A stretch of 64,000 bases of DNA from an uncultured bacterium (GTDB lineage Bacteria; Verrucomicrobiota; Verrucomicrobiia; Limisphaerales; UBA8199): positions 256,001 through 320,000 of the forward strand of contig CAVVMW010000006.1 in assembly GCA_963749495.1 (NCBI GenBank), in the 5' to 3' direction. The notes beneath the pieces were generated by a model. It made no database searches, was not told the DNA's origin, and saw only the letters and a list, made by a program, of their open reading frames with translations. Made by a program: the position numbers and the translations under genes. This document shows, one piece after another, positions 11,790-22,757 of this stretch (its first letter is position 1; each line of letters begins with the position of its first letter).

Positions 11790-12694
11790 TCACTTGACCA
11801 ACTCGAACTTCTCCAGCATGGCCAATAGCGCCGCGTTGAACTCCTTGGGCTTTTCGCCCATCAGCCAATGCCCAGTGCCCTCGATCGTGAGGTAATCGGT
11901 CTTGGGAGAGCGCGACCGGGCGAAGGCCTCGTATTCGGGCGTCCACCTCGGGTTCCTGGCATTGATGACCAGCACCGGGACGCTGGCCTGGCCGAGGTCC
12001 CAGGCGGGTTGCCCCGGCTTGAACATCCCGTCCATGGCGCTGCTCAGCACGTATTGCGGGGTGGCGAGCACCTGGGCGAGGACCCAGTCCCGCAACTCTT
12101 CGGTGCCGGGATTTGGGAACATGGCGGCGATGAACTTCCTTATGTACTCCCGGTAGTCGGGGGCCCGGAATGGCGCGATGAACTCCTCGAACTGCTCGGG
12201 AGTCCCCTGGGCCGGCGCAAGAACCCATCCACGGCCACCAGCGCGGCTGTCTTCTCCGGCGCCTGGGCATAGACCCGGCAGATGACCGGCACACCCATGC
12301 TGTGCCCGACCAACGTCGCCCGGCCCACGCCCGCGTCGCTGAGCACCGCCAGAACCCCGCTCGCCAGAAAGTCCATAGTGTATGCGGTCTCCGGCTTGTC
12401 GCTTTGCCCGTGCCCGGGCAGGTCAACCAGGATCACCTTGGCCTTGTCTTTGAGCGCCGGGATCTGCTCCCGCCAGAACAGGACATTGCCGCCCCAGCCG
12501 TGGATCAAGACGACAGCATGGCTGCCTTCACCGCCGATCAAGTAATGCACGCGGTTGGTGCCAAAGGGGGCAAAGCGCGACTTGCCAAAATCCAGTTCCT
12601 TGTTCGACAACGGCGAGGCTGCCAGGCGCGCCTGGCTGGCGAGCAAAACCACCGCGAGAGCGGCCGGCGCGAAAATGCGTGTCACGATGTTCAT
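11790..12694 (-). CDS. Secreted alpha/beta hydrolase (frameshift ~12200)
   Basis: Signal peptide, LIHGW, DLPGHGQSD, GHSMG nucleophile elbow, GTGHWL catalytic His. Confidence 0.9.
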
Positions 12695-12788
12695 GGCTGA
12701 TTCAGGATGGAGTATCCTTCACCCGCGCCAGAAGCGCCAGCGCCATTTTGGAAACTATTGACCCGGGGTCTAATATGACTTGCGTCAC

Positions 12789-14354
12789 ATGAGCGACTTG
12801 GCAAGCCAGGTGGAGAGAAACATCCGGGGGCGCGGCCTCCTGGAGGATGGGCGGTCCATCGTGGTGGCGGTGTCGGGGGGGCTGGATTCGATGGTGCTGC
12901 TGCGGGTGCTGCACCAATTGGCGCCGGGGCATCACTGGCAGTTGACCCTGGCGCACCTGAACCACCGGCTGCGCGGGCGCAGCAGTCAGGCCGACGCGCG
13001 GCTGGTCCGGCGCGCGGCCGCCGGCCTGGGGCTGCCGCTCGTCACCGAGGAGGCGGACGTGCGCGCGGTCGCCCTGGCATCCGGACTGTCGCTGGAGATG
13101 GCGGCGCGGAAGGTGCGGCACGATTTTTTGGCCAGGGCGGCCCTTGACCTGGGGGCGGCGGCCGTGGCGCTGGCCCACCATGCGGACGACCAGGTCGAGT
13201 TGTTCTTCCTGCGCCTGCTCCGGGGCAGCAGCGGCGAGGGACTGGCCGGGATGAAGTGGCGCAGCCCCTCGCCCAGCGATCCGCGGGTCATGCTGGTCCG
13301 CCCCTTGCTCGACCAGCCCAAGGCAGCCCTGCGGGCCTGGGCGGCGGCCCAGGAGGTCCCTTTCCGCCAAGACGCCAGCAACGACCTGCTGGTTATCCCG
13401 CGCAACCGCATCCGGCACCAGTTGTTGCCCTTGCTCCGCCGCCGGTATCAGCCCGCGCTGGAGCGGACGGTCTTGCGCGCGATGGACATTATCGGGGAGG
13501 AGGCGCGGTTTGCGGCTGAGGCGGCCCAGCAGTGGCTCCAGAAGGTGGGGTGGAAGGCCCAAACGGCGGTGGCCACCCTCCATGAACCGGAGCCAAAGCC
13601 GCCAGGTTTTGGACTGCGGCAGTCCTCTGCCGCTTTTACTTCCCCAGCGCCTAGAAAGCGCCAGAGGACTGGCGCAGTCCAAAACGCTGCGCGCCCGGGG
13701 ACGCCCGTCCGGTCCATGGGTCCAAGGCGTGTCCGGCCTTCGGACCTGGAGAGGTTCCAGGACCTGCCGGTGGCAGTGCAGCGGCGGTGCCTGCAATGGC
13801 AACTCCTGGCCCAGGGCGTCACCGCGGATTTTGAGTTGGTCGAGCGCCTCCGCGCTCGGCCCGGTTGCCCGGTTTCGGTGGGTGGGCAGCTTTGCGTGGT
13901 GCGTGATGCGGCGGGGCTGGTGCGGTTGGAACAGAGCGGGCGCGCGGCCTTCCTGGCGGGGAGACTGGAGGTGGAGCTGGGTGGAAGGGCGGGGGAAGTG
14001 ATGTTCGAGAAGGCGCGCCTGAGCTGGCGCATCCGCCGCGCCACGGCGGTGGGCGGGCCCAAACGGCGGCGGGCCGGAGAGGAGTATTTTGACGCCGACC
14101 GGGTGGGCACGCCCGTGGTGGTGCGGCATTGGCAGCCGGGCGACCGGTTCCAGCCCATCGGGATGGCGGCGCCGATGAAACTGCAGGACTTCTTCACCAA
14201 TGAAAAGATCTTGCGCAACCGGCGTCACGAGTTGATGGTAGGAGTCACTGCCCAGGGCGAAGTGTTCTGGGTGGAGGAGTTGCGCATTTCGGAACGGTTT
14301 AAGCTTACACGCTTCACAAAACGCCGCTTGCAATGGCGTTGGCGGCCGTTATAA
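12789..14354 (+). CDS. tilS: tRNA(Ile)-lysidine synthetase with in-frame repeat insertion
   Basis: VAVSGGLDSMVL, HLNHRLRG, AHHADDQVE..LRLLRG, RPLL, D.SN..RNRIRH, TilS_C WQPGDRFQP..KLQDFF; directly upstream of ftsH. Confidence 0.96.
   Translation: MSDLASQVERNIRGRGLLEDGRSIVVAVSGGLDSMVLLRVLHQLAPGHHWQLTLAHLNHRLRGRSSQADARLVRRAAAGLGLPLVTEEADVRAVALASGLSLEMAARKVRHDFLARAALDLGAAAVALAHHADDQVELFFLRLLRGSSGEGLAGMKWRSPSPSDPRVMLVRPLLDQPKAALRAWAAAQEVPFRQDASNDLLVIPRNRIRHQLLPLLRRRYQPALERTVLRAMDIIGEEARFAAEAAQQWLQKVGWKAQTAVATLHEPEPKPPGFGLRQSSAAFTSPAPRKRQRTGAVQNAARPGTPVRSMGPRRVRPSDLERFQDLPVAVQRRCLQWQLLAQGVTADFELVERLRARPGCPVSVGGQLCVVRDAAGLVRLEQSGRAAFLAGRLEVELGGRAGEVMFEKARLSWRIRRATAVGGPKRRRAGEEYFDADRVGTPVVVRHWQPGDRFQPIGMAAPMKLQDFFTNEKILRNRRHELMVGVTAQGEVFWVEELRISERFKLTRFTKRRLQWRWRPL
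13580..13720. repeat. Family K REP-like doublet inserted inside tilS
   Basis: ccatgaacc...ttttggactgcggcagtcctctgccgcttt...aaagcgccagaggactggcgcagtccaaaa...ggtccatgg. Confidence 0.9.
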
Positions 14355-14411
14355 ATGGTGCATTGCGGCCTTGGGGCCTGAATGCTAGTTTGGCGCAACC
14401 GATAGCGAGTA

Positions 14412-16434
14412 ATGTCAGACGACAATAGATATAGCAGCGACGATGATAAGAACCCGAAGCGGGCGGGTGAATTCAGGGTGCCCCCGCGGACCTGGCTTAT
14501 TTGGATACTGATCTTCGGCGGGATCATCATGCTGGTGCTGTTCAAGCAGAACCTGGACACGCCCGGGGAAAAGCTCACCAAGAACCAGTTCTGGCGGTTG
14601 GTGGACTCCAACCAGATCGTCGTGGCGCGGATCACCTACAGCCCGCAGAGCAGACTCGCTGAACGAGGTCGTGGGCAAGTACGAAAAGACGGACGCCGAG
14701 GGCAGGAAGGTTTTGGCCCCCTTCACCGCGAAGATCCGGTTGACCCAGAAGTTGGAAGACAGCCTGATGGGCAGGCCAGAGTTCGACGTGTATGAGCCCA
14801 ATACGATGCTGCTGAGCATGATCTGGAGCGTCCTGCCGATCGTCGTTATCGCGGCCCTGATCTGGTTCTTCTTTATCCGCCAGATCAAGATGGCGGGCAA
14901 GGGCGCCTTGAGCTTCGGCAAGAGCAAGGCGCGCCTCCTGGCCAAGGAACGGAACAAGACGACCTTCAAGGAGGTTGCCGGCATCGATGAGGCCATCGAA
15001 GAGGTCTCGGAACTGGTCGAGTTTCTCAAGGACCCAAAGAAGTTCCAGCGGCTGGGCGGGCGCATCCCCAAGGGCGTGCTCATGGTCGGTCCTCCGGGGA
15101 CCGGCAAGACGCTCCTGGCCAAGGCCATCGCCGGAGAGGCCGACGCCGCCTTTTTCAGCATCAGCGGCTCCGATTTCGTCGAGATGTTCGTCGGGGTCGG
15201 CGCCAGCCGCGTGCGCGACATGTTCGAGCAGGCGCGCAAGAACACCCCGTGCCTGATCTTCATCGACGAGATTGACGCGGTGGGGCGCAGCCGCGGCCAC
15301 GGCCTGGGCGGCGGCAACGACGAACGCGAGCAGACCCTCAACGCCCTGCTGGTCGAGATGGACGGGTTCGACACCCAGGAGGGGATCATCATCATCGCCG
15401 CGACCAACCGCCCGGACGTGCTGGACCCGGCGCTGCTGCGCCCCGGCCGGTTCGACCGCCAGGTCACCGTCAATCTGCCCGATGTGCGCGGCCGCGAGGC
15501 CATCCTCAAGGTCCACGCCAAGAACGTGAAGCTGGCGCCCTCGGTTGACCTCTCCGTCATCGCGCGCGGCACGCCGGGCTACTCGGGCGCCGAACTGGCA
15601 AACCTGCTCAACGAGGCCGCCCTGCTGGCGGCCAGCCAAAACAAGAAGGCCGTGAGCATGCCCGAGCTGGAGGAGGCCCGCGACAAGGTGCGGTGGGGGC
15701 GCGAGCGGCGCAGCCTGGCCATGACGGACGAGGACAAGAAATTCACCGCCTGGCACGAGGCGGGCCATGCCCTGGTCAATGTGTTGCTCCTGCACACTCA
15801 CCCCCTCCACAAGGTGACCATCATCCCGCGCGGCCAATCGCTCGGCTCGACCATGTCGCTGCCCAAGACCGATGTCCTGAGCCGGCGCCGCAAGGAAATG
15901 GTCGACCTCATCACCATGACCATGGGCGGCCGCATCGCCGAGGAGATCGTCTCCGGCGACCTCTCCAGCGGCGCGGCCGGCGACATCCAGCAGGCCACCA
16001 ATATGGCCCGCGCCATGGTCACTCAATGGGGCATGAGCGATCGGATGGGCATGATCCAATACGGCAGCGATGACGAGTACGTCTTCCTGGGCCGCGAGGT
16101 CACGCGCGCCAAGGCCTATAGCGAGGCCACCGCCCAGGAGATCGACGCCGAAGTCAAACACATCATCGATGAGGCCTACCACGTCGCCAAACACCTCATC
16201 ACCACCAACCTCGACAAGCTGGAACTCATCGCCAAATCGCTCCTCGAATTCGAGACGCTCGATGGCACCCAGGTCGACGAAATCGTGCGGACGGGCAAGT
16301 TCACCCCGCCGCTGCCTCAGCCCAAAGTCGAAACGACGCTGGGCGCGCCCGCAGGCACACCCCTGCCCGAGACCCCCAAGCCCGCCCCGCCCAAATTGCC
16401 GGGCCTGGGCTCGCCCTCGCCCGCGCCGGTGTAG
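14412..16434 (+). CDS. ftsH: ATP-dependent zinc metalloprotease FtsH (frameshift ~14655)
   Basis: Two TM segments, [43 protein letters not shown]. Confidence 0.97.
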
Positions 16435-16510
16435 CCAGAGGCGGAGCGTCGGAGGGTGCATCTCATATTGGCGATTCGACATTTGCTCCCAGGGTCGGTA
16501 GCCTATCGGG

Positions 16511-17245
16511 ATGCTGATTGCGCCCTCGTTGCTCGCTGCGAACTTCGCGCGCCTGGCCCGGGAAGTCTCGCGGGTCAACGCCTCCGGCGCGGACTGGCTG
16601 CACCTGGACATCATGGACGGGAATTTCGTGCCGAACATCTCGTTCGGCCCCGTGGTGGTCAAGGCCCTGCGCCCGCTGAGCCGGCTCTTCTTCGACGTTC
16701 ACCTCATGTGCTCGAAGCCGGCGATTCTGCTCGAGCCCTTTGCCCGCGCCGGGGCCAGCCAACTGAACATCCACGTCGAGCTGGGCGAGACGGTGACGCC
16801 GCTGCTCTGGCAGATCAAATCGCTGGGCAAACGCATCGGGCTGGTGGTCAACCCACCGACCTCGGTCGGCCTGGTCCAGCCTTTTCTGGAGCAGATCGAC
16901 CACCTGCTCATCATGACGGTGAACCCCGGTTTTGGCGGCCAGTCCTTCATCTACGAGATGCTGCCCAAAATCCAGCAAGCGGCCGCCTGGCGCCGGGAGA
17001 GGCACCTGGGCTATACCATCGCGGTCGATGGCGGCGTGGATTACCAGACCGCACCTGAATGCGCCCATGCCGGGGCCGACACATTCATCAGCGGCACCAC
17101 CCTGTTCGGCGCCCACAACCTCCGCGCAGCCGTCCGGAAGATGCGCCGGCTCGTCGAAGCCGCCCTCAGCCCAGCGCCAACGGCGCGGCCCCATTCCAGC
17201 CTGGGGCAACGCCCTGCTCGCGCGCGTCGCGGAGCGACGCAGTGA
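16511..17245 (+). CDS. rpe: Ribulose-phosphate 3-epimerase
   Basis: IAPSLLAANF, HLDIMDGNFVPNISFG, DVHLM, MTVNPGFGGQ, VDGGV. Confidence 0.96.
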   Translation: MLIAPSLLAANFARLAREVSRVNASGADWLHLDIMDGNFVPNISFGPVVVKALRPLSRLFFDVHLMCSKPAILLEPFARAGASQLNIHVELGETVTPLLWQIKSLGKRIGLVVNPPTSVGLVQPFLEQIDHLLIMTVNPGFGGQSFIYEMLPKIQQAAAWRRERHLGYTIAVDGGVDYQTAPECAHAGADTFISGTTLFGAHNLRAAVRKMRRLVEAALSPAPTARPHSSLGQRPARARRGATQ

Positions 17246-17442
17246 AGGTAGCCGTGGACCTCGGTCCACGGTTTACGGCGTGGGAAGGGGCCCGCGTCGC
17301 GTAGCGACGCCTGAGGGCCTCGGGGTTTTCAGGCGTCGCTACGCGACGCGGGCACGCTTGCGCCATAGGTCCGTGGACTGAAGTCCACGGCTACCGTCAA
17401 GCACCGCTACGCGGTGCGCGCGTCGCGGAGCCACGCAGTGAA
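17223..17442. repeat. Composite REP-like element family L (CGTCGCGTAGCGACG + GTAGCCGTGGAC..GTCCACGG)
   Basis: Nested palindromes; homologous copies at 29183-29396 and 53474-53712. Confidence 0.85.
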
Positions 17443-17454
17443 GACTGGCGACGG

Positions 17455-17500
17455 CCCTCCCTCTCCCCATCCGATGGGGAGAGGGCCGGGGTGAGGGGTC
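17455..17500. repeat. Single family J hairpin unit
   Basis: cctctccccatccgatggggagagggccggggtgagggg. Confidence 0.8.
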
Positions 17501-17565
17501 ATCCCTTCCAGGTGCGGCCCACGGATTAAAATCCACATCGCGATATAACGCGCCCGGGAGTGGTT

Positions 17566-20500
17566 TTAGAGGTGGATGCGATAGAACTGCGCCGGGGTAT
17601 TGGCCGGGACGGTGTACGAAGGCGCCGAAGCGCCGGTGACGGGCGTCCAGACGGTCTGAGCGCCTTTGAATTGGCTTGTGGATTCCAGCGTGCCGGCCTG
17701 CCAGACGAGCATGATCTGGGCGCCGGAGCGTACGGCCGCCAGTGTAACGGGCCCGTAAGTGTCGAAACTCTGGTTCCCGTTTTGAGCGGCCGAGTAAATG
17801 CTCTCAACCTCGAACCTGCCCAGGGCGCGTTTCCAGACGCCAAGGTCATCGAGGTTGAAGGTGCCACTGAACGTAGGCGATGTCGCCGAGGGATAAATGC
17901 CCGTGGGATCCTGGCCGATGGTGACGGGGTTTCCGGTGTAAATGGTGCCCAGGGCGGCAATCGAGCGGGAGTCAACCAACTGGCCATCGACATAGCTCGT
18001 GGCCACTTGGGCGTCGCGGTCGAAGACCACGGCCACGTGGTGCCAGGTCCCATCGTTGATGAGCGGCCCGCCGACCGGGTCGGCAATGATCGAGCCGACA
18101 TCCACACCCACGGCGGTCCACTCGAACTTGCCGCCGTCTTCGCTCAGGACCCAGCCCTTTTGGTAGGTCGAGTTGACGGCGTTGCCGATGATCGGCAGGT
18201 CATTAAATGCGCCGGTGTATTTGAGCCAGCACGCCACCGAGGTGCTGTCTGTGGCGGCGAAGTCGAAGTCATTATTGTTGTCCACCACGGTCAAGTAATT
18301 ATAGGTGCTCGAGGCTGACGGTGGTCGTCAGTTGGACCCCTTGGCCGAGTTTGCCGGGGACAAACACAGGATTGCCCACCGCGCCCGCATCATTGCCCTG
18401 ACCGGAGGAGTCGGCGTAGGTGCCGTCGAATTTGAGGTGCAGTATCAGGTTGTTGGTCGCGTTGGCGAACAGGGGCTTCGGCAGGACGAGGAGAGTCACC
18501 GCGGCGCTGTTCGTAGAGCCATTGGCGTTGGTGACCGTGACCGAGTAAGTGCCCGAGTCGGTGTAAGCCGCACTGGGGAATGTGAGCGTGGCAGCGGCCG
18601 CTCCCGGAATCGGGGCGGCGCCTTTGAACCATTGATAGGCGAAGGGCAGGCTGCCGGAGGCCTGGACGCTGAAGGCCAGGCTGTCGCCCACCGCCGCGGT
18701 CCTGGAGACCGGTTCCTGAACGATCCGCGGCGGCGTCGTGGTGCCATAGGCGCCGGCCGCGTAGATGGCGGTGATCGCGTCGGCCGAGAGTGCGTGGTCA
18801 TACACCGTCACGTCGTCCAGTCCCCCGATCAACTGATCGCCGGTTGTGCCCAGCCGGCTGAAGCTCTGGCGCGGGAGCGCCACGGTATTGGGATTCGAGT
18901 CAACAAGGAGGCCGTTGGCGTAGAGAGCGGTGCCGTTGGTTGCTGCCACAAACACCAGTTGCACCCAGTTGCTGGCGGGGGCGGAATAGGCAAAGGCGTA
19001 ATCGGCCACACCGTAGGCCGTGAATCCCGCGTCGCCCGTGTTGTCCCACTGCTCCAGCCGCAGGGAAGTGACCGAGTCGTTCAACAGCGCGGAGGAGGCA
19101 ACCACCGGGTCCGGACGATTGACCCAGAAAATAGCGGTCCACGGGACGGGAATGCTGGCGCCGCCGAGAATGACGGCACCGCCCTGCCCGTCGAATTGGA
19201 CCGACGTGTCGCCGGGGCCACCGGAGGGCACACCGCCGGGCAGGCCCAGCGTCACCCCGTTGGTGTAAGTCCCATTGAGGCGTCCCATGCTGTCAAAGGC
19301 CGTTGTGCCCGAGGTCTCGTCAAACCGCCAGTAGTTCACCGGCCGGTTCGTCACCACCGCTTCCACGTAAGAGCCAGGTGCAAGGGTGGCGAGGGTCAAG
19401 CTTGCGCTCGCACTGAGGATTCCCCCCGCGACATTGGTCAAGCCGACAGTGTAGCTGGCGGCATCCGCTGCGCTGACGTTGGTGACAATGAAGGTTTGGT
19501 TTGTCGCCCCGACGATGTTGGTGCCGGCCTCCGTCCACTGGTAGGTGATCGGCGTCGTGCCGGTAGCTGCCACAGTAAAGCTGACATCAGCGCCGGCGTA
19601 AACGGACACAGGTGCTGGTTGCTGGGTAATCGTCGGAGGTACTGCCGGATTGATCGTGACGGCCACCACGCCGCTGGTCACGGTCCCGTGGGCGTTGCTC
19701 ACCACCACCTTGTAATTCCCGGTGTCGGCGGCCGTTGCGCCGGTCTTGGTATAGATCGCATTGGTGCCCACCAGCGTGTTGCCCTCGAACCATTGAAAGC
19801 TGAGTTCGGCGCCATAGACATCGACGGCGATGGTGAAGGTGGTCGTGGCGTAGATCGTGCCCGCAGGGGAGAGGATCGGCGTATCGCTCACAAAGGCAGG
19901 GGCGCTCTGATCGCCCGTCGCCGTCAGGTAGAGGGTCATGATCTGGCCGTCCATGAGGGCCTGATCGAAAGTGGCCATCTCGGCAACGTACCCGGCGAGG
20001 AAGTCGCCATTGGGGTTGCCCAGACTGGTCATCGGGAGGGTGATCGAGGCGGGGTTGGAATCCTGCAACGAGCCATTGATGTAGAGCAGCGTCTGGGTGC
20101 CGTCACCGACGTAGGCCACGTGAGACCAGACCCCCGTTGACAGGACGGGAGTGAAGTTGTAGTCAGCCACGCCATAGGCGGTGAAACCCAGATTGCGGGG
20201 CGGGGGCGTCGCGCCGCTATACTGTTCGAGCTTGATCCCAGTGGCAGCGCTCCACAGCAGGGCCGCCGAGACGCCGGGCGCGTCCTGGCGGTTGACCCAG
20301 AAAACGGTGGACCAGGGCGTCGGGACATTGGGCAGGCCGATCCGCATTGCTCTCTGTGTGCCATCGAACACCAGGGCCTGGTTGGCCGAGGGCAGCCCCG
20401 GGAAGGAGGGCGAGGTCAGGTCCGTGGCGGCGGGTTTAATGCCATACTCGTACGCGCCATTGCCGGCGGCGCCGAGCGAGCCGAGGTTGGCCGCGGGGGG

Positions 20501-21379
20501 AACCGAATTGGTCTCATCAAGGCGCAGATAAAGCACCGGCTGCAACGCCTGAACCTGGGCGGGATAGGCCGAGCCGTTTGTGGTGCCCACCGCGTAGTGC
20601 GCGGCCACCTGGCTGGCCGTCAATACGGTGGGATAGACCGCCACCTCGTCCACACTCCCGTTGAACCAGTAATTGCCGTTGCCCTCGGTCGCGCCGGAAC
20701 CGACCCGCACGGGCCGTTGCGACCCCACGGTCCCGACCGGGACATACGTGATGTTGGTCCCCCGCATCACCAGCGCGCCGTTGATGTAGAAGGACATGAG
20801 CAGGGTTGAGGCGTCGTACGTGCCGACCAGGTGGGTCCAGGCGCCGATGACGACCGGGCCGTTGGTCGTATCGGCCTCGAGCGTGTTCCAACCGGTCCCG
20901 TTGCCGGTCCAGAATCCCCAGGTGTCCGTTGCTGTGGCATACAGGATATAACCCGCAGTTATGCCGGTCACGCTCTCACGGGAGGTGACCGGAGATCGAT
21001 AATTGCCCGCGCCCCCTTGCACCTTGGCCCAGCATTCGACGGTGAAACTCGAGGGGTTCAGCGAGGCGTCGAAAGGGACGTCTATCTTGGTGTACGACCC
21101 TTCAAAGCCGGCGGCGGTGTCGCTGCTGCCGAACAAGGCGCCCGGTTTGCCGGTGATGGCGAGCGGGTCGTCGTAGGCGCCATTGCCCGCCGCGCCAAGC
21201 GTGCCCAGATTGGTTGCGGTGAAGTTGAACAGCCCGGATTCGCCAAACCGCCAGTAGGTCAGCGGTTTCAAGGCCAGCACTTCGGAGGGATAATCGGCCA
21301 GGGCCGTCAGGCCCGCGCCGCACAACGCAGCCAACGCAACGGTGGCCGTGAGAAACGTGTGGGAGTGAGAAGGTTTCAT
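17566..21379 (-). CDS. Large secreted protein with multiple LamG (concanavalin-like) and Ig-like domains (frameshift ~18310)
   Basis: Signal peptide; repeated YWRF(G/D)E..GxxDEVAVY LamG units; PPxIxxxP..FxVxAxG..YQW Ig units; C-terminal WTPVTGASAPSYTVP..QFYRIHL. Confidence 0.85.
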
Positions 21380-21743
21380 AGGTTCTGTCTTGTTTCCTGC
21401 TTAAGCTTCCTCCCTGCCTGGCGGCGGACCCGCTTCGGCCGGGCGAACTCACCTCCCCCGAGCGCGCGGACCGGATACAGTGTTGCCGGCTGCCAGCGCA
21501 CGAGCGCTGCAAAGGAGTTTGACACATTATCTGTACGCGCTGCGAGGGATAAAGGCAAGTTCTAAAACAGCCCCGTCCGGAACTCTTTATCCCCCGGCCC
21601 GTCGGGCCGCAACAAGGCGCACGCCGGGATTGGCCGGCCACGAGGCCGGTCACCCTGGAACATTCCTGATATCGCTTCATGCCCCCAGCCTGATGCACCG
21701 CACGTTGTCGAGCAAGTGTCGCGCCTCGGGCCGGCTCAGCCCG

Positions 21744-22146
21744 CTACCACCATAAGCCCGTAGCAAACAGGTCGGCACGCAGTTCGATCCGGTCGGGCGT
21801 GTTCATCTGAAAGAGCGCCGCCGTCGCACGGCCGGCAGGAGTGAGGCCGATGATATGCCCCTGGCGCAATTCGAAGTGCTCTTGCCACCGATCCTTCCGG
21901 GGATGAAACAGACGCGTCAGTTTGCCCGTTTCCGGGTCGTGGCCAGTCAAGTTCGTGCCCTTGTGCAGGTTGCACCTGTGGCAGGCGAGGGCCAGATTCT
22001 CGGGCGCGTCCCCGCCGCGGTGCTGCCGGGGAACAATATGTTCTGTGTGGAAGGGCACGAAGGGCTGGTGATCCTGGCGCAGCCGGCAGGTACTCGCACC
22101 GATGACCGGCACGCTCCTTGACCAGCCTGCGCAATTCCGCGCGCAT
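21744..22146 (-). CDS. HNH endonuclease family protein (frameshift ~22090)
   Basis: MRAELRRLVKERAGHRCEYC..HTEHIVPRQHRG..NLALACHRCNLHKG..LFHPR; ATG overlaps the upstream TGA. Confidence 0.85.
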
Positions 22147-22412
22147 CACGCCGCAGCGTGGCGCGCCAGCCACAGGCGCGCCTTGGCCTGCAGCACCGAG
22201 ATCAGGTCTGCCGCGTGCACGTAGGTCTCGTATTCGGTGCGCTCGGCGGGTGTGAGCAGACCTTCGTTGCACCTCTCGGCCAACTCTCCAATCCGCGCTT
22301 GAACAGCCTGGCTGGCCCTGAGGTCCAGGAGGGCCTGCGCCACTTCACGCGAAAAGGCCCGTGTCACCGGTTCGAGCATTTCATCCAAAACTCCACTGCC
22401 GCTGTCCGACAT
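22146..22412 (-). CDS. Small helical protein coupled to the HNH gene (putative antitoxin)
   Basis: 88 aa, QARIGELAERCNEGLLTPAERTEYETYV..LQAKARL; TGATG overlap with the HNH gene. Confidence 0.75.
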   Translation of the reverse strand: MSDSGSGVLDEMLEPVTRAFSREVAQALLDLRASQAVQARIGELAERCNEGLLTPAERTEYETYVHAADLISVLQAKARLWLARHAAA

Positions 22413-22490
22413 GCAAACAGGCTACCACAATGAATGGGGCGAAGCGAAGCAATTCTTGGCGCCGTCGATTTACAATTTCCGGGACGCCCG

Positions 22491-22757
22491 TTAATGCGGT
22501 TTGGCCTCGACCGCCTCGCGCGGGGTCTGTGGCTTTCCGAAAGGGCAGGCCTTTATGCACACCCCGCAGATGCGGGTGGCTATGGCGGGCATGGCGCTGA
22601 AGCGCAGGGTCTGTTCGACGCAACGCTGGAAATGGAGCGCGTGGTCGCGGCTGGCGTAGCGGCCGGCTGTGCGGACGTTCTTGATGGCGGAGGCGGGGCA
22701 GGCGCGGGCGCATTTGTCACAGGCACCGCAGCGGTCATTGAAAGGTCAACCGGTCAT
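22491..22757 (-). pseudogene. 4Fe-4S dicluster domain resembling the QueG/reductive-dehalogenase C-terminus; in-frame TGA at codon 4
   Basis: Manual translation: MTG*PFNDRCGACDKCARACPASAI...RCVEQ...ICGVCIKACPFGK...H*; absent from the ORF track. Confidence 0.7.

Noticed and set aside
5980..16434. Pseudogenes or programmed frameshifts in lysS and ftsH
   Set aside because: Both are housekeeping genes with intact halves, no canonical slippery sites, and similar indels occur throughout the window; sequencing error is more parsimonious
22746..22748. Selenocysteine codon in the Fe-S ORF
   Set aside because: The UGA is not at a conserved Cys position and the downstream hairpin (accgctgcggt) is too weak to call a SECIS
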